In this document: piece after piece, positions 1 to 9,008 of the stretch
Layout of the letters: each line of letters begins with the position of its first letter
Numbering within the stretch: the first letter of the stretch is position 1
IMG/VR virus record: IMGVR_UViG_3300044476_000029
Span: 1-38,411 of that record
Source: a virus
Lineage: Duplodnaviria; Caudoviricetes
Strand: one strand, 5' to 3'
DNA length: 38,411 nucleotides
Made by a program: the position numbers and the translations under genes
The notes under the pieces: generated by a model
The model's database searches: none
Seen by the model: only the letters and a program-made list of their open reading frames with translations
What the model was told of the DNA's origin: nothing

Positions 1-2
1 TC

Positions 3-995
3 TATTACCTTGAGGGAGGTACTAGCCACCTCGATGCTACATGGAACTATGTGGCATATCGAGACGGTCAGCTCATCCTAAACGCTAATGGTGGTCTGTA
101 CGACTACTTGCACAAGCACCCTGAGTTCCCTCAAACGGATGATACATACAGCAACTATCCTGCCGGATTGTATGTGATGACTCGTAATGGTGATAACCAC
201 CTGTGGACAGAGCTTGTCGTCAAGAACTACCCAGACCCTGCGTGGGGAACTAACTCCGTACTCTCTTATGACGGCAACACTAAGGAGTTCCTGTGGGTGC
301 CTAATGACTCGTTCGAGGGCAATGGCACGGTTAAGGTTGAGGCTGTAGATACGCCAAGGTACTTGGACTATAAGATTCAGGCTGGTGCCGGTATCACAGT
401 GGAGAATGTCTATAACGGTAACTTTGGTCGTTTCTTGCGAATCAATGCCACCGGTACCAACCCATCTGGTCGCACATATGCTAGCACCATGTACGTGGCC
501 AATGCCACTGCTACCTTAGCGCCTAACTTGATCGCTAGGTCGGAGTTGATTACCTTGTTTGTGCCGACAACCGACATCCGGATCATGCAGGGGGTATCTA
601 CGAAATTTGGTGCATTCGTATCGCAGGGTGGGACGGGTACTCTCTCGTTCACCCTGCGCGATGAACAGTATAGGCTTATTGCTCAGTCATATGATACCAC
701 GAACCCACTCCCGCAGGTATTTTTGGAGCTGGCGTGCGGTGTCGTCTATAATCCTGCTACAGCCGTGTCTGTGCCCACATACGACCTACTCTGTGGTGGT
801 AGGTACTACTTGGGTATTTTGACCAATGCAAACGGACTGCAACTACTTGGTGACGAGTCTCAGCAGACCAATAATACACAACCATACTCAGCGTACAAGG
901 TTGACAATCTACTATCAACTACCGCTGTTGCTCAGTTAACGGGCGGTGGCGAGTCCAAACTACGTCCATTTATCAGGGCACTCACTACTGTATGA
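3..995 (+). CDS. Tail/receptor-binding structural protein, 5'-truncated (C-terminal beta-sandwich domain)
   Basis: Frame is open from nt 3 (YYLEGGTSHLDATWNYVAYR), so GTG at 51 is probably internal. Beta-rich, T/G/N-rich. C-terminal pattern (TLFVPT...LRDEQYRLIAQS...LLCGGRYYLGI) parallels ORF 1654-2415. Lies next to the tail fibre. Confidence 0.6.
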   Translation, partial: YYLEGGTSHLDATWNYVAYRDGQLILNANGGLYDYLHKHPEFPQTDDTYSNYPAGLYVMTRNGDNHLWTELVVKNYPDPAWGTNSVLSYDGNTKEFLWVPNDSFEGNGTVKVEAVDTPRYLDYKIQAGAGITVENVYNGNFGRFLRINATGTNPSGRTYASTMYVANATATLAPNLIARSELITLFVPTTDIRIMQGVSTKFGAFVSQGGTGTLSFTLRDEQYRLIAQSYDTTNPLPQVFLELACGVVYNPATAVSVPTYDLLCGGRYYLGILTNANGLQLLGDESQQTNNTQPYSAYKVDNLLSTTAVAQLTGGGESKLRPFIRALTTV

Positions 996-1651
996 GAATT
1001 AAAAAGTCTGGTATCTACTGCATAACCAACAAGCTAAATGGGAAGCGTTACATTGGATGTTCTGTTGATATAGAACGTAGATGGTACGCGCACTGCTGCG
1101 GCAAAGACCCTAATAGTGCTATATATCGGGCGATAAAACACTACGGTAAGGATAACTTTACATTTGAAGTCATCATGTACTGCTGTCAAGGGTGGTTCCC
1201 CTACTGGGAGTGCCACCTGATTGGCAAGTATAATACGATCGCACCTCACGGTTACAACCTCTGCGATGGTGGGCTCGGTACCTATACAAGGACAGAGGAG
1301 TGGCGAAAGCGGGCATCTCTGCGAAACAAAGGAAAGAAGCATACCCCCGAAGCGGTCGAGAAGATCCGCAAAGCGGCCATCGCACAAGGTGGACCTAATC
1401 TCTCGCCCGAGATACGAAAACTGATTGGCGAGAAGAACCTAGGTAAGCCAGGCAAGCGCAGAGGGACGAAACATAGTGAGGCTGCCTGCACCAAGATCCG
1501 TGAGGCTCGGGCTCTACAGGTGACTACTGATGAGACTCGCGCCAAGATGAGTGCGTCTATGCAAGGCAAGAATGTAGGGAAAACAAGATCTGAGGAGTCT
1601 AAGCAGAAAATGCGCGATGCTTGGGCTAAAAGAAAGGCAATAAAGGACTAA
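992..1651 (+). CDS. Free-standing GIY-YIG homing endonuclease with NUMOD3-type repeats
   Basis: GIYCITNKLNGKRYIG...RRW..H...E...YN core, then repeated KHTPEAVEKIR / KHSEAACTKIR / TDETRAKMS / RSEESKQKMR units. ATGA overlap with the upstream gene. Confidence 0.9.
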   Translation: MRIKKSGIYCITNKLNGKRYIGCSVDIERRWYAHCCGKDPNSAIYRAIKHYGKDNFTFEVIMYCCQGWFPYWECHLIGKYNTIAPHGYNLCDGGLGTYTRTEEWRKRASLRNKGKKHTPEAVEKIRKAAIAQGGPNLSPEIRKLIGEKNLGKPGKRRGTKHSEAACTKIREARALQVTTDETRAKMSASMQGKNVGKTRSEESKQKMRDAWAKRKAIKD

Positions 1652-1653
1652 AA

Positions 1654-2415
1654 ATGAAGCTAATCTCGTGTGAAAACTTCGCTCTCCAGTTTGCAACATT
1701 GGCCCTCACTGCTACTGCTGATACTGTTGTCAAGTGCGGTGCTACAGGCAAGAGGTACTACTGGACAGGCTCTGCCTTTGCCGAATACTTCGAGGTGTCT
1801 CAAGGCGGTAACATCACTATCACTCCGCTGGCTCAGACACTGCCCAAGGCATCTGTGTCCAGCCGTACTGTGATCGACACCCCGTTCAGCTTTGAGCCGA
1901 TCAACAATATCAACCTTATCACAGGGTCATATGCACTGCCCGCGATAAACAACGTGTACGCTAGGGCATTCATTGCACCCCACAGTGGCAACTTCTCGCA
2001 GTTGAAGTTCCTTACCGATAACGTAGCAGGTGCATCTATCAACTGGGCTATCTACGGAGATGCAGGTGAGCTGATTGGGCAGGGTATGTCTGTTGCTGAC
2101 TCCAGCTACTCTAACGGTTGGATCAGCACGGCCTTCTGGCGCGATGCGGCAGGCGCGATGAAGGCTAAGTGTGGCGTGCAATTGCTGGGCGGCAAGTTGT
2201 ACTACATTGCCGTTAAGTCTGACTCCATCACTACAAAGTTCTGGGGCTTCAACAACTTACCGAATACAACCATCGGTGCAACTCGTAAGCCACTACAGGG
2301 GTGGTCTAACGTGATCCCTGCACAGTCGTCGCTGTTCCCATCAAGCCTTACGCTTAACGGTAGCAACCAGACTACATTCCCCTACTGCGAGCTAGAGATC
2401 GTGAGTGGAGTATAA
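1654..2415 (+). CDS. Tail-associated structural protein, paralogous beta domain to ORF 3-995
   Basis: RAFIAPHSG...WAIYGDAGELIGQG...LLGGKLYYIAV resembles the C-terminus of the first ORF. Directly precedes the tail fibre. Confidence 0.5.
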   Translation: MKLISCENFALQFATLALTATADTVVKCGATGKRYYWTGSAFAEYFEVSQGGNITITPLAQTLPKASVSSRTVIDTPFSFEPINNINLITGSYALPAINNVYARAFIAPHSGNFSQLKFLTDNVAGASINWAIYGDAGELIGQGMSVADSSYSNGWISTAFWRDAAGAMKAKCGVQLLGGKLYYIAVKSDSITTKFWGFNNLPNTTIGATRKPLQGWSNVIPAQSSLFPSSLTLNGSNQTTFPYCELEIVSGV

Positions 2416-2416
2416 T

Positions 2417-5400
2417 ATGGCACTGAAGCTGCACCCATCCTATGTTACAGACATCCAGAGCATTGGGGGTGATCTTAGCAATCTATGGCTTCGGTCGGAT
2501 GTCGCGATGTTTTACGATTCGGCATCGAGCCTTGAGATTGACAACCCATGCTCAATGGAAGTCATTAACCTAGCTGACATCCGGTTCCGAGACGAACCCA
2601 CCATCACGATCATTGATGAGCATGGTAATGAGCTGTATGTGACACAGCCCATGCTTGTTGATGAGACATTCGGTGCCGCTAACACATTTAATACGGGTGC
2701 CTACCTGCCTATTTCTGGAGGAACGCTTACTGGACCCCTCGCCGTAGGTGCTGGTGGAATTTCACTGTACCCCAGCGGTGGGTCTGTCACATTCGCTAAC
2801 GGTACGTGGAATACGATTGGTGATGATACTAGGTTCGGTGATATCAATGTAGCTAACACGGCAGGTTTCCAGTCTACATCTAACGCCAATATAGGTTATC
2901 TGCGATTCGGTAACACAGGTACTGGTGCTACTATCGGTACAGATGGCACCAGCTTCGCTGTATCTAAGGATACTGCAATTACAGGTGCATTGGGTACCAC
3001 AGGCGCGATCACTGAGGCGGGGACATTACTGTCAAACAAGTATGTAAACCAGGCTGTGCAGTATACTAACCCGACTTGGCTTGCTGCTGTTGACGCTACT
3101 ACCATCAAGACAGGTACTATCGACCTAGCTCGCCTGCCTGCAATGCCATCTGCTAACACGATTGTCTGCACAACTATCCCAGCAATGAGTGCTGGAGATC
3201 AGCTACTGGTTGCACAGGGAACTGTAGTCATCGAGAGCACTACAGGCAATACCTACCGCTATTCCGGAACTGGTTCTGTTGTACTGGCCGCTAGCTATAT
3301 CCAGCAGTCTGACTTGACTCCTGATTGGGCAGTCATTACTAATCGCCCTACTCTGGTCAGCACCTGGACTAATGATGCTGGGTACTTGACACCAGCTAGT
3401 GCATTAGATCCTGCAAAGATTAGTCAGAATACTAGCTACAGATTCGTAACTGATGCAGATAAGGCAGCATGGACAGCCAAACAGAATGCTCTCGGTAATG
3501 CAAGTGCAACTGTATCTGGTATCCTTACAAGCACTGATTGGGCGATATTCAATGCGAAACAGCCAGCAGGTAGCTATCTAACCCCTACCAGCCAATTAAC
3601 ATGGAATAACGTAATTGATAGACCTACTACATTATCAGGCTACGGCATTATGCCGTCTGATACTATATTTGACACTAGGTACCTAGGTAAGACGGCTACT
3701 GCTGTTTGGGCTAATGGAGCCGACAAGATTCCTATGCATATGATAGCTGGAGTATATTTTGACGGTACTGCCGACATTGATATTCCATATGCAAATCTAA
3801 CTGGTAAGCCTACTACTTTTGCACCATCAGCCCACGTTCATGCAGCTACCGATGTAACCCAGACAGCGTCATATCGCTTCGTGACCGACACGGAAAAGGC
3901 TACTTGGAACGCTAAGATCTCTGCTAACCAGACGATCACTCTGTCCGGTATCATTACGGGGTCGGGTACTACAGCTATCACTACTGCGATGGCAGATGGC
4001 GCATTGTCTATCGCTAAGACTAGCGGGCTACAGACTGCACTTGACGGTAAGATTGCACTCACATCTCCTATCACTGGATATGTAGTAGGAACGAATGCGG
4101 CACTTGCAGCAACTGATACTGTTCTGGGGGCTTTCAATAAGATTCAAGCTCAGTTGAACGCCAAGCAAGCATCTGGGTCATATTTGACAGGTAACCAGAC
4201 TATCACTGTATCCGGTGATGCGACTGGCTCTGGAACTACAGCTATTGCGCTTACACTAGCAAGCACAGGCGTAACGGCTGGGACTTACGCCTCGGTTGGT
4301 AACTACATCCCTACCATCACAGTTGATGCAAAGGGTCGCGTAACTGGTATTGCTAACATGGCAAATACCCCAGCATGGTCTGCTATTACAGGTAAGCCTA
4401 CTACACTAAGCGGCTACGGGATCACGGATGCTGCGGCTTCTGGTCACACTCATACTATCGCTAACATCACAGATAATGCCGCCCTTGTTCAAGGCAACAA
4501 CGCGAATACAGGTGCTCAAGGTAAGAGAACAACTGCACTTAGTAATGTTGTTGGAGCATTCCAGAGCAATCTACCGTCCGGTTTCTACGATGGTAATGCC
4601 ACGGACACTCCGAATGCTAACTGGTGCCACTTAATCAACAGCACCCACAACAACTCATACTCAGGTAATCAATATCAATTCCAAATTGCGGCATCCTTCG
4701 ACAACAGTATATCTACATTGCTTAACTCAGGTAATGGTAATTGGGGTCGAGAGAACTATTTCGTAAGAACATTGAATACATCAGGTGCAGGTGCATGGAG
4801 AACACTATGGCATTCAGGTAACTTCACTCCCGGAAACTACCAGCCAGTTGAGAACCAGAGACTAAGCACCTCAAATGCACCTACATTTGCTGGAATCACA
4901 ATAAATGGATCTGTAGTATCTCAAGGGTTGAATGCACAAGCTGGATCAATCTTCACCAGCAGTTCAGTTACAGGTAACAGCTTCATTAAGTCTGGTGGAA
5001 CTGCGGCACAATTCTTGAAGGCTGACGGATCTGTAGATAACAACACATACGCCACGACTGCGGCTCTTGGTAGCTATCAGCCCAAGGAAGATCAGAGACT
5101 GAGCACTACTAATGCTCCTACTTTTGCGGCATTAACTGTTGCAGGTGAGTATATTGACTTCACAGCTATCTCCTCATGGGAAATGGCGACTGTTCAAAGC
5201 CACGCCCATAGTAACATAGCTAACCTGAATACTATTACTCAATCGTTAGCAACTACAGCAGTTCCTACGTTTGGTGGTCTGTATACTACAGGTACTATTA
5301 AAGGTGTTCAGCGCCCAGATGTTGACTTTGGTACTACAGTGTACGCTACATCTACAGGATCTCGTTCTGCACTATCCAATGGCACTAATTCGGTAAAGAT

Positions 5401-7099
5401 CAATCGTTGGCAGTATTCAGGGTTCACTGGATATATTGGTAGTAATACTGCGTTCTTCGGCATGACGCAAGATCACCAGAACGATATTGGTGGGCAGTTA
5501 TCTATTATTGCTGGCGGCACTGGTACATCACACATTGGATTCTTTGCAGGTACTCCAACATTATTAGCTTCTGGTTCTGGTTCTGGTTGCTATCAAGCAC
5601 CATTAGTAGGAACTTGGAACTCAACGGGTTTGACTGTCAACGGAACACTAACCGTTGCAACATCGATCACCACTGGAAACGGTTCTACCTTCAATGGCGA
5701 CATCACTGTAACATCTTGTTCCTATATCAAATATGCTAGAATAAATGCTACTTGGTCAGGTAGCGGATCTGAAACATTTGTCTGTTCCGGTAATGGTAGA
5801 TTCACTGACTATTTGGCAGTCAATGGTCGAATGTACTCTAATGACTGTCAGATCAATGGAGTAGCATTTGGTTCTGGTGACATCAATAACTGGAACTCCT
5901 GCTATGACTATGCAGTGTCAAAGGGCCGCATTGGCATGGACGCATACACTGGCGAAGATACTCTAACTTGGGCTTCTCGTAATAGTAGAGGTAATCACTT
6001 TGGTCGTATACATAATACATCGGGATGTCCAAACTACTTCAATTTCTTACAGATCAAGGAGACATCTGGAACAGTATTCGGTGCTATTGGTCATGCCGCT
6101 GACGGTAACTGGTATGTTGGTAGAGCTACATCTGGGCAGGAGATTAGCACTTACTATATTGTCTGGACTACTAAGGACATATCAATTGCCGCTAGAGATA
6201 GCTGGAATACATCAACTGCGCGAGTTGATAAAATAGCTAACTACGCAAATGCTTACGGCATCGACCGACTGTACCGTAGAGATGCAACTACTGTATCTAA
6301 CAAGTATTACATCTACAATGCTTGGGCTACTGGTCAGTGGTGTGGTAATGCTTGGAGAATTAGTTCCGCCAATGAGCACTCCGATGGAGAATCTGGTATC
6401 ACGACTACTCTGGTTAACTATGCTGACCTATCAAACCGTACATACTACCTAAAGGCATCAGGTGGAACGAATGTAGGTGCGAATGTCGATACTGGGTTTG
6501 CCCCTAATGAGTCTGGTCTGTGGGCGGGGTCTATTGATGCTCCAACAGGTACTGCTCCATTTGGTAGTGCTTGGACATGGATGCAGGAATGGGGTCATGC
6601 TGATTCCAACTGGAGAACTCAATTAGCTTCTGCGTATTTCTCTGACAACATGGCCTATCGCCGTAAGAACAACGGCACTTGGATGTCTTGGAGATACTTG
6701 TTGTCAACTAATGCCGCAGGCGAGTTTGACAATATCAATTTGAAGATTCCCGGAAATAAGACGTTCACTATTGATGGCGATATGATCTCAAATAAGACCA
6801 TTAGCTATACAGTAGCCGGTTCAGACTTGACTGGCGCAGGGCCTTACAATATCGGACCTCTTGATCGTAACGTGCTTGCGTGTCCAGTTGCAACATCCAT
6901 AGTAATGCAGACTCACACGTATGCTTACTTTAAGATAATCAATGCAATTGGCGGAACTGTAGCAGTTACAGCCGCAGGTGGAGCTACAATGAAGCGTGGA
7001 TCGGGGGGGACAGCAACACAAGTAAATGTAGGAGCAGGTCAAACTATGATTATAGGCTACACACCCGGCTTTGGTTTCTACTTCGGGTACTTGTACTGA
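2417..7099 (+). CDS. Long tail fibre protein (~1560 aa)
   Basis: ATG at 2417 follows GGAG (2407-2410). Fibre motifs YLPISGGTLTG, [KR]PTTLSGYGI (x2), ITVDAKGRVT, FIKSGGTAAQFLKADGSVD, and knob-like segments (YFVRTLN..GAWRTLWHSGNF; YRRKNNGTWMSWRYL). Confidence 0.85.
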   Translation: MALKLHPSYVTDIQSIGGDLSNLWLRSDVAMFYDSASSLEIDNPCSMEVINLADIRFRDEPTITIIDEHGNELYVTQPMLVDETFGAANTFNTGAYLPISGGTLTGPLAVGAGGISLYPSGGSVTFANGTWNTIGDDTRFGDINVANTAGFQSTSNANIGYLRFGNTGTGATIGTDGTSFAVSKDTAITGALGTTGAITEAGTLLSNKYVNQAVQYTNPTWLAAVDATTIKTGTIDLARLPAMPSANTIVCTTIPAMSAGDQLLVAQGTVVIESTTGNTYRYSGTGSVVLAASYIQQSDLTPDWAVITNRPTLVSTWTNDAGYLTPASALDPAKISQNTSYRFVTDADKAAWTAKQNALGNASATVSGILTSTDWAIFNAKQPAGSYLTPTSQLTWNNVIDRPTTLSGYGIMPSDTIFDTRYLGKTATAVWANGADKIPMHMIAGVYFDGTADIDIPYANLTGKPTTFAPSAHVHAATDVTQTASYRFVTDTEKATWNAKISANQTITLSGIITGSGTTAITTAMADGALSIAKTSGLQTALDGKIALTSPITGYVVGTNAALAATDTVLGAFNKIQAQLNAKQASGSYLTGNQTITVSGDATGSGTTAIALTLASTGVTAGTYASVGNYIPTITVDAKGRVTGIANMANTPAWSAITGKPTTLSGYGITDAAASGHTHTIANITDNAALVQGNNANTGAQGKRTTALSNVVGAFQSNLPSGFYDGNATDTPNANWCHLINSTHNNSYSGNQYQFQIAASFDNSISTLLNSGNGNWGRENYFVRTLNTSGAGAWRTLWHSGNFTPGNYQPVENQRLSTSNAPTFAGITINGSVVSQGLNAQAGSIFTSSSVTGNSFIKSGGTAAQFLKADGSVDNNTYATTAALGSYQPKEDQRLSTTNAPTFAALTVAGEYIDFTAISSWEMATVQSHAHSNIANLNTITQSLATTAVPTFGGLYTTGTIKGVQRPDVDFGTTVYATSTGSRSALSNGTNSVKINRWQYSGFTGYIGSNTAFFGMTQDHQNDIGGQLSIIAGGTGTSHIGFFAGTPTLLASGSGSGCYQAPLVGTWNSTGLTVNGTLTVATSITTGNGSTFNGDITVTSCSYIKYARINATWSGSGSETFVCSGNGRFTDYLAVNGRMYSNDCQINGVAFGSGDINNWNSCYDYAVSKGRIGMDAYTGEDTLTWASRNSRGNHFGRIHNTSGCPNYFNFLQIKETSGTVFGAIGHAADGNWYVGRATSGQEISTYYIVWTTKDISIAARDSWNTSTARVDKIANYANAYGIDRLYRRDATTVSNKYYIYNAWATGQWCGNAWRISSANEHSDGESGITTTLVNYADLSNRTYYLKASGGTNVGANVDTGFAPNESGLWAGSIDAPTGTAPFGSAWTWMQEWGHADSNWRTQLASAYFSDNMAYRRKNNGTWMSWRYLLSTNAAGEFDNINLKIPGNKTFTIDGDMISNKTISYTVAGSDLTGAGPYNIGPLDRNVLACPVATSIVMQTHTYAYFKIINAIGGTVAVTAAGGATMKRGSGGTATQVNVGAGQTMIIGYTPGFGFYFGYLY

Positions 7100-7171
7100 T
7101 GTGTGTGGTCCAGCTACGCTATTTGGGTGCTGATCTAACCGCAGCGTTTGGTAACTATGTTCGTGATGGTT

Positions 7172-7187
7172 ACTAAATACTGGTATG
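7172..7187 (+). promoter_or_regulatory. Putative gp55-type late promoter, leaderless (aCTAAAT-6nt-ATG)
   Basis: CTAAAT 7173-7178, ATG 7185, no SD. Lies in the 3' arm of hairpin 7147-7177. Confidence 0.75.
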
Positions 7188-7550
7188 AACATCAAACTTG
7201 TTAATGCCGAGTATAATGCTGTCTATGGTCTCCTTGCTTCCTTTGAGGGTCCTGCTGGTGCTGTCGTTACAGCATCTAAGCTGATCGATCAGATGCGTAG
7301 TAAGGTTGACGAAGGTAAGGCAGAGTCCATTGAGCTTGAGGTAGAGCCGTATCAGCTTGAGAGCGTGCTGGAAGGTGTGAAGGCTGTAGTGACTGCTGGC
7401 AAGATTAAGGCCACAGACATTGATGCGCTGACTAGCATCTGCGGGCTGATTAAGCTCCGTAAGGCGTTTGGTTCGTTCCTCGATGCCTTCGTTGCACCCA
7501 AGGAGTCTACCATTGAGATCGACGCATCAGTTGATCTGGATGTAGACTAA
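7185..7550 (+). CDS. Hypothetical protein (possible tail-fibre assembly factor)
   Basis: 121-aa acidic ORF right after the fibre gene with its own CTAAAT site. Function inferred from position only. Confidence 0.55.
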   Translation: MNIKLVNAEYNAVYGLLASFEGPAGAVVTASKLIDQMRSKVDEGKAESIELEVEPYQLESVLEGVKAVVTAGKIKATDIDALTSICGLIKLRKAFGSFLDAFVAPKESTIEIDASVDLDVD

Positions 7551-7574
7551 TAGTGGCAAGTGGGAGCCACTTGC

Positions 7575-7590
7575 ACTAAATGTATGTATG
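7575..7590 (+). promoter_or_regulatory. Putative late promoter of the lysis cassette (aCTAAAT-6nt-ATG)
   Basis: CTAAAT 7576-7581, ATG 7588. Confidence 0.75.
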
Positions 7591-7929
7591 GCTCCCGCTA
7601 CTCCCTATGAACACCTCCTGCTGGACAACATCCTGCATCAGTTACAGGATCTGAACCACTCGGTAGGGCTGCTCAATCAGGATGTAGCTACTATCAAGGC
7701 CAAGCAGACTACGATTGAGAGTCAGATAGTGGCTCTCACAGCCCCGAAATCACTAGAGCTAGGTAAGTATGTGGGACTCGCGAAGTACGTTGTCCCTGTA
7801 CTCCTAGCTCTCTTTTTGGCTATCTCGCAAGCTATTGCCCCGACACCGGAGAAGCAAGGTATGCTCGCAGTTGAGCGTAAGCGTGCGATTGAGCTAATCA
7901 AACAATTACCAGACACGAGCGGAAAATGA
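7588..7929 (+). CDS. Coiled-coil, single-TM membrane protein of the lysis cassette (holin/antiholin-like)
   Basis: N-terminal heptad pattern followed by a TM segment (YVVPVLLALFLAISQAIA). First gene before holin and endolysin. Confidence 0.5.
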   Translation: MAPATPYEHLLLDNILHQLQDLNHSVGLLNQDVATIKAKQTTIESQIVALTAPKSLELGKYVGLAKYVVPVLLALFLAISQAIAPTPEKQGMLAVERKRAIELIKQLPDTSGK

Positions 7930-8174
7930 AGAACGCACTCAACTTGATCCTAGACTTCTTTCGGGCAGGCACAGACGCTAGCTCCAAGCGACTGACGATG
8001 GTACTGAGCTACTTGGTGTGTCTAACTCTATGTATCATCGCGGTCACATTCCATGTACCCATCGAAGGCAATGTGGTAACACTACTTCTTGGGTGCTGTG
8101 GTGTATCTACCACAGGATATGTGATGACAAACAAGAACGAAGTTAAGAACATTGACGCAAAGGATGAAGGCTAA
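7926..8174 (+). CDS. Putative holin (two TM segments)
   Basis: 82 aa: SSKRL, TM1 (TMVLSYLVCLTLCIIAVTF), TM2 (VVTLLLGCCGVSTTGYVM), charged C-terminus. TAATG-coupled to the endolysin. Confidence 0.65.
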   Translation: MKNALNLILDFFRAGTDASSKRLTMVLSYLVCLTLCIIAVTFHVPIEGNVVTLLLGCCGVSTTGYVMTNKNEVKNIDAKDEG

Positions 8175-8566
8175 TGGCTTACCAACTTAGATTCTACCAC
8201 GAACAGGAATTTTTGCCTGATGGCCATGAAGACGTCAGTGTCATGGACGAGCGTATCCTCAAGCTAGCGGATGATGTACGGGCGCTGCTTGATGTCCCAT
8301 GCACTATCAATGCTGGTGGTCGTCAGTATTGTGGCTGGCGTCCTAATGACTGTCCTATCGGTGCGAAGGCTAGCTACCATAAGCTAGGCATGGCTGTAGA
8401 TCTTCACCCACAGGGTATGAGTGCTGATGATGCCCGTACTATCGTTCGGAAGGCTGTTGCTGAAGGATTACTTCCGGAACTGGGTGGCGTTGAACTTGGT
8501 GTCTCGTGGCTACATATAGATGTACGCCCTAGACTAGGCAACAAGGTATTGTGGTTCCATGCTTAA
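8174..8566 (+). CDS. Endolysin, peptidase M15 family (Zn peptidase)
   Basis: R...GAKASYHKLGMAVD and WLHIDVR carry the H-x6-D...H zinc ligands typical of M15. Confidence 0.85.
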   Translation: MAYQLRFYHEQEFLPDGHEDVSVMDERILKLADDVRALLDVPCTINAGGRQYCGWRPNDCPIGAKASYHKLGMAVDLHPQGMSADDARTIVRKAVAEGLLPELGGVELGVSWLHIDVRPRLGNKVLWFHA

Positions 8567-9008
8567 AGAGCTAGCTGTCGGAGCGGCAATGGCACTTGCT
8601 GTTATAGGTGCCCTAGGAACTACAAAGGAATGCTCTAATCCGGTAGCGTCTCGCATCGACACGGTCATCATACACCGCAACGATACCATTAGAGTGGTAG
8701 ACTCGGTACTGGATGTCCGTATAAAAAGGATCAAGGTAGCCCCAGATACGGTCGTTATCGCTACCTTCGACACCTTGTTCCAGGATACAGGTCATACAGA
8801 TTCCGTGAAAACGACTGTCTACGCTGAGCGCAGGTGCCTGGAAGTAGTGGATAGCCTAGCTGCTTGCCAGAGTAAGCTCGCAGTCGATGACAGGGCGTTC
8901 CATCAAATTGATACTGTAGTAGTTAGAGAAACTGCACCACTCAAGCAAAGGTTGCTTGATGCAGGTACAGGTATACTCATCGGACTAGGATTAAGGAGTC
9001 TATACTAA
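8559..9008 (+). CDS. Putative spanin/outer-membrane lysis protein
   Basis: N-terminal hydrophobic segment followed by a Cys, repeated DTV motifs, C-terminal hydrophobic GILIGLGL. Follows the endolysin. Confidence 0.5.
   Translation: MLKELAVGAAMALAVIGALGTTKECSNPVASRIDTVIIHRNDTIRVVDSVLDVRIKRIKVAPDTVVIATFDTLFQDTGHTDSVKTTVYAERRCLEVVDSLAACQSKLAVDDRAFHQIDTVVVRETAPLKQRLLDAGTGILIGLGLRSLY

Noticed and set aside
1034-1039. CTAAAT inside the GIY-YIG gene
   Set aside because: Preceded by G, no ATG at 6-7 nt, mid-gene. Likely chance.
992-1651. Group I intron carrying the GIY-YIG gene
   Set aside because: ORF abuts both neighbours (ATGA overlap and a 2-nt gap), leaving no room for intron core structure.
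4975-5040. Host assignment to Bacteroidota from fibre and spanin motifs
   Set aside because: Early promoters look like TTGACA/TATAAT rather than the Bacteroidota consensus, and several genes use SD sequences. The host cannot be assigned from this window.
3300-5130. Repeats in the tail fibre as a DGR template/variable pair or CRISPR array
   Set aside because: Repeats are conserved at protein level with synonymous divergence, not adenine-specific. No reverse transcriptase gene and no regular repeat-spacer period.
7556-7574. N4 virion-RNAP-type hairpin promoter (3-nt GAG loop)
   Set aside because: Single instance, and no virion RNA polymerase gene in the window.
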